A DNA stretch of 64,000 bases from Geosiphon pyriformis uo1 (lineage: Eukaryota; Fungi; Glomeromycota): positions 390,219 to 454,218 of the forward strand of contig JAAOMT010000706.1 in assembly GCA_016748015.1 (NCBI GenBank), read 5' to 3'. A program made the translations under genes and the position numbers. Shown piece by piece: positions 53,305-64,000 of this stretch (position 1 is the first letter of the stretch; each line of letters opens with the position of its first letter). The notes under the pieces are model-generated. The model worked only from the letters and a program-made list of their open reading frames with translations, had not been told where the DNA came from and ran no database searches.

Positions 53305-56300
53305 CTATTGCTCAATTATATTGTATATGAATATCATTTTTTGTGTCTTTGAAATATAAAAGTGTTTTTATAAGTTTTGATTGTTTCTCAAAATTCTTAT
53401 TCTTTCTTGACTGCTGAACATCAGATTTGGATCTTCAACAAATTATTATTTTCATGGCCTTTTTAGAAGCTTTCACGAATTTATATTAAAGTTTTTTTAG
53501 AAGAATTTAGCTTTCTCATTTTGTAAGTTTAACTAAACTAAAAATTCTCTACTTTTCTAAGTTTCATTTTTTGGAATAAATCAATTCAAACATGGTAATC
53601 TAGGGAATTCTTTTATTTTTTAAGTTTTGAATTTAAATAACAATATTACACAAAGCCATTAACAAGTTTGCAATAACATTATTCACAAAAAACTTACTGC
53701 TTTGTGAATACAAAACATAACATAATCTAAATTGTATTATTTATGGTTGTGCTGCTTATTTAATAATTCAAATTTTTAATTAAACTAATATTATGTATTT
53801 TAAGCTTATATTTAATAAAAACTTTTTTTTGTTATTGAATTTAAATGCATAACAAAAATAATAAATACAAATAATATTATATTTTAATCATAAATTTGTT
53901 AAGAACTTATATTTGTAAAAAAAACTTTTGTATCTTAAAATTTAGTTCAATTACTCTTATTTTTGTTTTTTGTACTTTTTGTTTGATTACAACATTGAAG
54001 TTATATTCTTAAAAAATTATTTATCCATTTTATAAATCTTTTTTATTTTTTTTATACAGAAAAAAGGCAAATATATTGGATTTTAAAAAATCTTTTTTTT
54101 TAAATGGTTTTGTTTTTTTTGGTGTTGATACCTAAATGAAATTTATTATAATGTATAATAAATATTATAATAATTTGAACAACATTTTTCAGTTTATTAT
54201 TATTGATTCAAATATTTAAACTGAATACTACAAGTTATGTTATGTTTTTTCAAAATCCTTCTTTACAAGTTCAATTTAAAACAAATTTCTAAATAAATAA
54301 TTTTTTAATATATATTTATTTCAAAGAAATAGTAAAATTTTGTGTTGAAAATAACACTATTAAAAATTACTTTATTAATGTTTTAAATAACTTTAATATA
54401 ATAAATTTTGACTTTTTATATAAATTATAATTATTAATTATTTTTTAATATTTTAACAATAGTTGTTTTTTGGTAAACAACTAATTGTAACAACATTTTA
54501 ATTAAAATAACATGTCTTTTAAATTTTATTTGTATTCAATTTAGTAATCTTTTTTTAAAAACTAATTGTATTTTATTTTTTATTATTAATCAAAGTATTT
54601 TTTTTTTTAAGAAAATAATACATTAACTATATAATATTTGTTAAACTTATTTTTTTTATATTTAGTATAACATGATGAAAGCAAAATTAAACAGTATTAG
54701 TTTTTAAGTATATTTAATAATGCAAAAAGTGTATTTATTTTGAGATGTTCAAAAATTAGTTCATGATTCACATATTTTTAATATGTTTATAATAAAAGTT
54801 TGATGATATCAAATCTTAATTTAATTTTTGCAATTTACTTTTTGAAGTGGCAAATTTTAATTTTGTTATCAATCAATTTTAAGTCTAAAATTTCTTTATA
54901 ATGTTTGTTATTTAAATCTTTTGATTAAAAAGTTCATCAACATACTTTGAATTTAATATGTAAGATCTCTAGTAAGAGTAAAAGACTTTTTTTCATATGA
55001 TCTTTTACAATGTGATCAAACTTTTCAAAATTCAACTAATTTTTTTTTAGAATAATGGTAATTCTCTCAAGAAAAAAATTATCTATATAATATGTAGAAT
55101 ATTTTAAGTTTAATGAAATTTTCAAAAATGAAAAATTCGCTTAAAAATTCCAGAAAAATTCCAAAATTTAATTTTAATTAGAAAAGCATTACGATTAAAC
55201 TTGAATTTTCTTTTGTCACAACTTTCAAAAATTTATTAATCAGTATGCTGATTAATGGGTTACATTAAAATTTTATTGTCAGACTATTAAACAAGAATCT
55301 ATAAATAGGAAAAGTTCATTATTTGTGAATGAACAGAAAAATAATTATTTTTAATTCATGATGATAGAACATTGTTATCGCGATTAAATTTAAACTTTCC
55401 GATCTAATGAGATAAACTTTTCCAATTTATAAATTGCATCTTAATATAGTGCATTGTATACTCCCCTGAATATGTTATATTTTAAGGTTAATTGGCTCAT
55501 CTTACAAAAAATTGAGTAACATTTTAAGAATATTAACTTTACAATTCAGGGTCATGATATGAAAAAAAAAATTGGAAAGTGTAAATCGGTGATGAGCAAT
55601 TCTTTAATGTTCAAATTGATGTGAACACAATTTTGGGAATTTTTAATAGAGTTTGATCATTTAAATGCATGAAATTTTTTCTTAAACTCATTTATGACCA
55701 AGCCCATGACGTACCATGACAAATATTACCGCAACTTGCGTTTAAATTATTGAAAATTTAAACGTTGTCCCGCATGGAATTTACAAAATGATTTTAGCTG
55801 TTTCAAAAGGATATTAGATTCTAAAGATTTTTTAGAAATACTTTAATGGTACAAACGTTTCGTCTTGAGAGCTCTGTTTAAAATTTAAAGATATTTTCTT
55901 CTTACTCCAAGAAATTTGGTAAATTATCTTTTATTTTACCAATTCAAAAAAGTTCTTAACTAATAAAATGCACCATTTTTTTAAATTATCTAATTCTCAT
56001 AGTATGTAGGTATGTTCTTTGAATTATAAGATTTCGATCTTCATCGTCAATGAAAAGGCAAGATCGTAGCTTCAAAAGACCTGCAATTATGTTACCAAAT
56101 CTCTGACTCAGGACACAATTAAAGCTATGCACATACTTTTAAAACAAAAATTGTCAATCGTAACATTTTAAAGTCTAAAAAATGCTTTTATAGGATAACA
56201 AGCAAATGTTGATCGCAGTGGTTTATCAAAAATCATGATGAAACTACGACATGCATGCAATTAGCATTGATACTACCAACGTTGAGACAATATATACAGT

Positions 56301-57312
56301 GATGCATCTCCACACCGGTCAAACTGTTACTGTTAAAGTTTTAACTTGTTGAACCAAAAATCTTTGTATCTTCATAACTTCTTTATTAGTCCTTTTTGAT
56401 GTAAGTTTCGTAACTCACTCCGTTGCTTACCCAAATCTGATTTTCCTTACTGAGATTTTCAAGATCTTGTTCTAGTTTGGGAAATGGGATCTAGACTTAA
56501 TTGGCGTGCAAAAGGAGATTTTAAGTACGCGATTTCAATTTATTTTCCGCGCCTTAATGTTCCAATTTTCTATATTTAAAACTCGAAAAGGCTTACTCAA
56601 ATTTCGGGTTGCTCAATGCTTGCATACCGCTTTTTTTGTCGGTTGGCACAACGGCAAGGTCATTTCAAGATACAAATGTTTCCTAAGCATGACTAAGATC
56701 TTTAGACAGGTATTTTAAATGAAAATTTTAATTTTGAGATGTATTCTACTTGAAAATAAAAATAAAAAAAAAAGAGAAATAGACCTATGAAAAATGGGAA
56801 TTGATTTTTCAAAAATTTTAATTTCCCTCTTCCTAACACCAAAACAAAGATCTGGGTTCACGATCGAAGAGATTTGCTACTTTTTGAGAAATTCTGACCA
56901 AATGATATTCACCAAAGTCAATTCTTTAAAGGACATTCATGGGAGACCTTACAATGTAACTCTAGTAATTATTGTCACCAATGAGAAAGATTTTCGGCAA
57001 TCCTTTAGTGAAGTGCACAGGCCACAAGATTTTCCTGTAAAAATCGAAGTGGATCAATCTTAATAGGAGATAAAACTGCCAACTAGATGTACCACAAAGC
57101 TTTTTGGCCAGCTGAATATAAAAGAAGAGTCTTTTCTTGTTCAGGAGAGGATGCGAGAACGCCAGGAGAAACTTTTCCTGCAATTCGTATAACTAATTAC
57201 CAGCTTGTGAAATAAAAAGTCAAAACTTTTAGATGCGGAGAAACTTTATTTAGTATCTTGTACATACATTATTCATGCACATCCTTTAGCTCGTTTAAAA
57301 TTTTTTAAAAAA

Positions 57313-58743
57313 ATGCCTAAAGGGAGCTCACTCTCAAAAGATTTGGGCTTCGTCTTTAATAATCCTCGCTACAGCGACGTTCGTATAGTATGTGATCAGA
57401 ATGAAGTACTTTTCGGTAGTCGAACAATTTTGGCAGCTCGTTCTGAAACATTCGACAGCATTTTATATGGGGTAAAGATTGCAGAAAGCTGTCTTCCATT
57501 CGAAATCTCCTTTCCAGACATGAAAGCTTCAGCGATGGAAGTGGTCCTCGAGTTTATTTACACTGGAAGTATGAGAGAAGAGTCGATTGAAAATCCTCTC
57601 GACGCAATTGATGTATTTTATGCTGCAGAATATTTCCTTCTCCCAGATCTTCAAGATTGCGTTCTTAAGTATATAAAAGAATGGTTAAAAGAAAATGACC
57701 ACAATTTAGCAATTGAACTTTTAGAAAAAACCACCCAAAAAATCATTTCAACGTCCTCAGAAAACAAACTTCTAAATCTCTTGACTTCCCATATTGCTGC
57801 AACACCTTTAGAAGCTTTCGAGTTCGAATGTCTCACATTGACCAATCTACAAGTTTTGCTTTTGCACACTCTTAATAGTGAAACATACTTTGCTACTTCT
57901 GAATACGATGTTTTGCGGTATATAATTTTTTGGGGAGCGAGCCAAATTTGCGAAGAAGCCATTTCCTTCTTTGAATCTAGATTACCTTTGTCAGAAATAG
58001 CGGAACAACAATCAATCCCTCTAACTATCGAATTCATTCATAATCCCCATGAACTCAATAAATTTTACGAATATCAAGCAGCAGTTATAAATATTGTCGC
58101 ACCAATCCTTCGATATATTAATTTCGCCCTAATCGCACCCAATGTTCTTGCCAATGTCATTCACCCACTTGGAATTATCTCCACCCCAGTTCTTCTTGAA
58201 GCTTATCGATATCACGCAGGTTTTAAAAATAAGTCGAAAAATAGAAGAGGGGGTATTTCTTGCAGAATCGATGATCTTCGCTGGGATAACATGGCTTGTG
58301 GGCCAAACATTGAAATCCGTGATTATGGGACGCGAGTTCTTTGTACAAATAGCACGACCGTAGAATCAGTTCGTGGTGTTAATCTTTTATGGGGTAATGG
58401 GATGTACGAGTGGGACGTAATTGTTGAAGAAAAGAGTAGGTGTGCCTGGATTGGTGTTTGTACTGAAAATGTTAATTTCTCTTCATATTTGGGTCGACAA
58501 GAAAATATCTATGTTTTTGGTTCTGATGGTCAAATTTGGAATTCTGGAAAGTCGCACCGTTATGCTAAACCATTTACTAAAGGAGCAACTATTACTGTGC
58601 ATTTGGATATGACAAAAAGAACTTGTGCATTCTCGATCGACGGTGTTCGATATCCAGTGGCTTGGACGGATTTACCCGAAAAATTGTACCCTGCAGCCGC
58701 CATTTGGAAATTCGGTAGACTACGAATCAAGCCTCATACTTGA
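57313..58743 (+). CDS. BTB/POZ - BACK-like - SPRY (B30.2) domain protein, intronless
   Basis: BTB motifs NNPRYSDV...RTILAARSETF...LEFIYTG...AAEYFLLPDL. SPRY motifs YEWDVIVE...WIGV...ITVHLDMTKRTCAFSIDG...LYPA. Confidence 0.93.
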   Translation: MPKGSSLSKDLGFVFNNPRYSDVRIVCDQNEVLFGSRTILAARSETFDSILYGVKIAESCLPFEISFPDMKASAMEVVLEFIYTGSMREESIENPLDAIDVFYAAEYFLLPDLQDCVLKYIKEWLKENDHNLAIELLEKTTQKIISTSSENKLLNLLTSHIAATPLEAFEFECLTLTNLQVLLLHTLNSETYFATSEYDVLRYIIFWGASQICEEAISFFESRLPLSEIAEQQSIPLTIEFIHNPHELNKFYEYQAAVINIVAPILRYINFALIAPNVLANVIHPLGIISTPVLLEAYRYHAGFKNKSKNRRGGISCRIDDLRWDNMACGPNIEIRDYGTRVLCTNSTTVESVRGVNLLWGNGMYEWDVIVEEKSRCAWIGVCTENVNFSSYLGRQENIYVFGSDGQIWNSGKSHRYAKPFTKGATITVHLDMTKRTCAFSIDGVRYPVAWTDLPEKLYPAAAIWKFGRLRIKPHT

Positions 58744-59331
58744 ATAATTATTATTAACGAAACATAAGTTTTCAAAAAAAAACAATTTTAAGCAAGTTTT
58801 TTTTTTACAATTAAGATTTTTTTTTTAAGGTATTTTATGCTATCAACCAGGGCAATTAATTAAAAAAAATTAAAAGCATTTAAGGTGTGCGAGGTCAACA
58901 TTATTTTAGTTTCATATATAAATATATATATGAGTAATTTTTAGTTCATATCTACCCAAGAGAGAAAATAAGAAATGGAAATTTCCATAGCAAGAAATAT
59001 TAGTAAACCTGTAAAAAAATCGAATTTTCAATTTTGAAATTAATAAATTTTTTTTATCTCTTTTGAACAAGTTTTTTAATGCATATTCTTCACTATGATA
59101 TTGGAATTTCGATTTCCCTAATTATTCATTCATTTATTCATTCATTCATTCATTCACAAAATCAATTGCCGGTTTCAAAACAGAATGTTAAGGTAAAACA
59201 TAAAAGACAAGTGATTTGGATATTTAGAAACATAAATTCAAGTTTAAAAGGCAAGATTTGAATTCCTATGACAAGAAATATTATTTCGATTCTAAAAAAG
59301 TGTTCCCCCGCTGAAATCAATGATTCCCCCG

Positions 59332-60338
59332 TTATTCATTCTCCCTTTTCATGTAAAACTTCTTATACTGGACCGCATATTCAGCCAAGATTTTTGGTCG
59401 AATCATGTGCCAAGAACGATCACTAAACGGTTGAGTAGACCCCCAATTGAAGAAGCGATCCATCGAGTATCTGGTAAATCTCAAAATTACTTCCTCAAAC
59501 TTTTTAGTACCATCATTATTTGTCTCAGCGGCCAATTCAGTCATCTTGGCGAAAATAGCTTCTTGACGAAGCTTTTGTTTTTCTCTTATTTCTTTTACAC
59601 GATCATTTAGCCAATTTTGACGATTGGCATTTCGAGCATGAGCGTCGCTCATGCGATTTCGAGTTTCGATTACCTGTTGATTGAACCATTTTGATTTTTC
59701 CTCGTCTGGGATGGTAAGGTATTCTTCATTGAATTTTTTCACTTGGGGAATCCAGAATTTTAGACCACCACGATCAAATGAGGGAAGACAGAGAAGGATA
59801 TGACTATTCATATTGAACATAGATTTCACCTCACGCACGCTTATCAAGATTTTGAAATTGAAAATATCATGAAACAAAAAAACAAGATTAATTTCAAATT
59901 TAATATTTTGTAATGGGGAAAATTTGATTTAAAGCAAATAAAACAAGAAAATTACCCAAGCAGATTCTTGTTGAAACAAGTGGGGCAACATCGCACCATG
60001 AACTCAAAATAAGGACGATATCCAAAGGTATATTTCTTGCCACACAGTTGACAATTTTTTTCGACAATCAATCTTATATATTCTAGTTCAGTAGTAGATG
60101 GCGGTGCTGGAAGTGAGTAATGTGGCAAGAAATTCTCTCTAGCTTGTTTCCAAACGAGGTTTGTCGAGGTAGAATTTTCTGATACTAAATATTGACGAAA
60201 TGTACGGCAAACACGAGCGAGGGTAAGAAGATCAATTGGGTGGAGATCTGTACAGATTTTGATAAAAATTTCGGGAGCGATAGTTGGGAATTTGGATGAC
60301 GAAATTTGAAAGCGGTGGGATTCAATAAAATTTGACAT
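59332..60338 (-). CDS. F-box protein with CxxC...CxxC motif, two exons
   Basis: F-box motif FPTIAPEIFIKICTDLHPIDLLTLARVCRTFR; also WKQARENF and CQLC...CPTC. Intron 59955-59840 is phase-compatible. Confidence 0.9.
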
Positions 60339-61614
60339 TTTCGTAAATCCTCTTTGAAAAATTTTGTCGGTAAAAAAAAGTGTCTGAATATAGGTTCAAA
60401 AAATTAATTAAGAACATTTTTTGAATGGTTCAATTTTTTTAACGATAAGATTGAATGATGAATTTAAAGTAGAACATGTGATGAACAAACCTCTTGTTAA
60501 AAAGTGAACAAATTCTGCCGACAAATTTTGATATTAAACATTCAACCCTTCTGGAGAAGAGGAGTTTTGGAATTGTTTACCAATTCAAGAATCTCGAAGT
60601 GCAGGTTTGTAACATAATCTGTATTCGATATGAATAAGTTATGTTCCGATGTAACACACTGGAGTGTTTGACAGGCAGGATTGTACAATGAGATCATGAA
60701 TTTGATCATGTGTTGGTCAGTCGGGTGAAAAGTAGGTAGATTGCAGATATTGAAGGCAATGATCGTTTAATTAATGAACCGAGTGATCGAGTAAATTTTG
60801 ATCAAGATTATTTATGGAAAAAAACAAAATTTCAGGATTAAAGAGATTTTGTTTAAAATTTACAAAATGATTATTAAGTGGGCCTGTTAAATATGGACTC
60901 ATCAAGATTAAAAGTCATTTAAAACAATAGATTTTTAAATGATTACTCAGTTAGTCAATTGTAATCTTTGAAATGAAAATACATGGACTTTTTACGAATA
61001 CTATGTATATATTAAAAATATAAAATTCATCTAATAGATTCTTTAAAATATTCAAAAAAATTTTAAAATTTTTTTTATAAAAACTTTTTCTACAATTTTA
61101 ATAATAATTCTTTCTCATAAAAATCTTGTGATTTAGTAAACTCAAAGATATATTTTTTTCTTTTTACACAAAAAATTAAAGATAAACACATATAATATCA
61201 TCAAGCGTTTTTCCCTACACATATACACATATACACATACACACATATACACATATACACACATATACACACACCAAGTTATATGTATCAAGCAATAAAA
61301 TTTTTTTTTAAAAACTTGACAAAAAAAAAATTATTTTATAGAAAATTTGAACTCGAATAATTTATATAGACTTATTCAAAGACCTTTAGAAAATTTTTAA
61401 AAGTAAAGAGAAAAACTTTTTAAATATTCTAATTAAATAATATTTTAAATCAACTTTTGATTCAAAGAAAAAAAAAAATGTTGTTTAATGTTTGATTATA
61501 TTTGAATATGTTTCAAGAAAAACGGTAAAATTGAAATTGAAATTGAAATTGAAATTTGAAAAATTGTTTATGTAAATGATATTTTAAGCTATTAAAAAAT
61601 CAATTTGAAATTCC

Positions 61615-61656
<42 letters not shown>

Positions 61657-61817
61657 TTATATTTATATTTATATTTATTTATTTTACAGTATTTTTATGG
61701 TTTAATTTATGTGAGACACATTATAGTTGGTTTTGTGTAAAATTTAAATTGATTAGCTAATATGGTATGCATTAAAAAATTATTTAAAGTTAAGTTTTTT
61801 TTTTTTTTTTTTTTTAA

Positions 61818-62509
61818 NNNNNNNNNNNNNNNNNNNNNNNNNNNNNNNNNNNNNNNNNNNNNNNNNNNNNNNNNNNNNNNNNNNNNNNNNNNNNNNNNNN
61901 NNNNNNNNNNNNNNNNNNNNNNNNNNNNNNNNNNNNNNNNNNNNNNNNNNNNNNNNNNNNNNNNNNNNNNNNNNNNNNNNNNNNNNNNNNNNNNNNNNNN
62001 NNNNNNNNNNNNNNNNNNNNNNNNNNNNNNNNNNNNNNNNNNNNNNNNNNNNNNNNNNNNNNNNNNNNNNNNNNNNNNNNNNNNNNNNNNNNNNNNNNNN
62101 NNNNNNNNNNNNNNNNNNNNNNNNNNNNNNNNNNNNNNNNNNNNNNNNNNNNNNNNNNNNNNNNNNNNNNNNNNNNNNNNNNNNNNNNNNNNNNNNNNNN
62201 NNNNNNNNNNNNNNNNNNNNNNNNNNNNNNNNNNNNNNNNNNNNNNNNNNNNNNNNNNNNNNNNNNNNNNNNNNNNNNNNNNNNNNNNNNNNNNNNNNNN
62301 NNNNNNNNNNNNNNNNNNNNNNNNNNNNNNNNNNNNNNNNNNNNNNNNNNNNNNNNNNNNNNNNNNNNNNNNNNNNNNNNNNNNNNNNNNNNNNNNNNNN
62401 NNNNNNNNNNNNNNNNNNNNNNNNNNNNNNNNNNNNNNNNNNNNNNNNNNNNNNNNNNNNNNNNNNNNNNNNNNNNNNNNNNNNNNNNNNNNNNNNNNNN
62501 NNNNNNNNN
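61818..62509. other. Assembly gap (N run)
   Basis: Run of Ns flanked by poly-T and poly-A tracts. Confidence 0.99.
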
Positions 62510-62510
62510 C

Positions 62511-62541
<31 letters not shown>

Positions 62542-63552
62542 GAAAAAAAAAAGAAAAAAAGTACTTTAATGGGTAAGAGGTTAAAACTGCTAAATATTGA
62601 AATAGATGTGAAAAATAAAAGGTTATTAAAAATGGAATTAATTGATTTTCAAACTTGAGAAACATGTAGAAGAATTAAGTTTTTTAACTGGATTTAAAAA
62701 TTTTCAATATTCAAGTTTCACTAATTATATATTTTCAATTTCACCAATAAAATCAATAGTTAAAAATATTTTTATAAAGGTTATCATCTTTTAAATCTTG
62801 AATTATATTTTTAATTTTTCAGTTTTATTTTGACAAAGATATTTGATATTATCTTGTCACTATTTCATGAAAAACCATTGGAAATTTGTAATTTCTCTGA
62901 TCTTTGTCACTATTCATGAAAAACCATTGGAAATCTATCACAACATTAAAAAACATTGAATCTGAGCTTTTTTCCATATTTACATTTTTCTAAATGTTTA
63001 GCAATCGGGACAAACTTACTCGTATCCATATCTCGTTTCAAGGGTGTAAATTTCAAAGTTACCTTATAAATTATTTATCGTTATCAGTTATTATAATTAA
63101 AGTTTGTGGTTGTTTATCACACTCACTAAGCTTTTCGAATTTACCATTTTCGGAAAATTGTTTCTAAATATCCCCGATGCTGGCTAGTAAAACTTGATAT
63201 CAGATATTATTGTCACCGGAATTTTTTTTTTTGAAATGAGGATATTTAAAATTGTTCAAATAGAAAAAATTCAGAAGTCTGCCGATAATGGTAATAATCA
63301 TTTTTCCTAATTAGGATTCAGTGATGGAGCTTTGAGACTCCGTCAACAACACGCACATTAAATTAAGATTTTTTTTTTCATTCAATAAAAAATTTGTAAT
63401 AAATTTAACCGCTTTTATGCGGACACATTTTTGAAAGTTCACTAAAAGTCACACCAAATTTACACATTAAAGATTAAAGATAACTAGGCTAAAGGTAAAA
63501 TTTAAAAGGTAAAAACAAAATGTAAATAGTAAAGTGAAAATTTTAAAGTTTT

Positions 63553-63667
63553 TTCGTTTGTTCGTTTGTTCTTTCGTTCGTTTGTTCGTTCGTTTGTTCG
63601 TTCGTTCGTTCGTTCGTTCGTTCGTTCGTTCGTTCGTTCGTTCGTTCGTTCGTTCGTTCATTCATTC
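63553..63667. repeat. (TTCG)n tetranucleotide microsatellite
   Basis: Directly visible; it produces the spurious NERT-repeat ORF. Confidence 0.95.
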
Positions 63668-64000
63668 CTTAGTTAGGATTATTTAATCTGTCAGTATTAT
63701 TCGGCAGAATTTCCTTTTGATTCTCTGTGCATGAATTGATCTGGGATCGATAAAGAGGTTTGACGAGATTTCATGTTTTTGGATGTACAATCCTGGGAGG
63801 GGAAATGATTTGTCAAACTTATTGGACTTTGACCGCAATACAGGTATATGTCAAAGGTATCTGGGAGAACGAGGGAATTCTGGCGAGAATCTTTATACCA
63901 AAAAGTTTCAAATATTGGTTATTTCTCATTTTTTGGGCACGAAAAATTTGCAAAAAATCTTTTTAAAAATAGAACTTACCGGTACATGATAGTTTACTAT

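Noticed and set aside
53600-55100. AT-degenerate block with a possible C2H2-like relic on the minus strand near 54960-55020
   Set aside because: Probably an old TE, but I could not support termini or catalytic motifs.
60358-60530. Imperfect 18-bp inverted repeat upstream of the F-box gene (possible MITE)
   Set aside because: It is short, AT-rich and mismatched, with no TSD or second copy in the window.
61762-62658. 298-aa ORF
   Set aside because: It is an artefact of the N gap and flanking homopolymers.
62852-62936. Roughly 35-bp direct repeat (TGTCACTATT..CATGAAAAACCATTGGAAAT)
   Set aside because: It is a local duplication with no linked gene or element evident.

Overview
This is AT-rich, intron-rich eukaryotic DNA, not prokaryotic. 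Gene content (BTB-SPRY, F-box, Crinkler-like nuclease relic, TPP2, NUS1) and intron style suggest an early-diverging fungus, most likely Glomeromycotina/Mucoromycota; this is an inference. Gene islands alternate with blocks of decayed transposons that are heavily C>T/G>A mutated. The 1-8.3 kb block holds two related Ty3/Gypsy copies nested in a LINE relic. The 36.4-42 kb block holds a pogo element inside a Tc1 element, and the 44.8-48.8 kb block holds a third LTR of the same Gypsy family abutting a LINE RT relic. Spliced genes reconstructed by eye: an AT-hook-like low-complexity protein, TMEM234, a probable GEMIN4 orthologue, a signal peptide-TM-SH3 protein, NUS1, an HSL-family hydrolase, TPP2, an RPEL-repeat protein, BTB-SPRY and F-box proteins, plus two small orphan ORFs. 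The most notable observations are: (1) a Gemin4-like SMN-complex subunit in a fungus-like genome; (2) a conserved extra non-env ORF between integrase and the 3' LTR that reads through the PPT into the LTR; (3) RIP-like hypermutation of repeats; and (4) a 2.2-kb duplication across an N gap whose ends share 7-bp microhomology. All homology calls come from motif recognition without searches and need confirmation.
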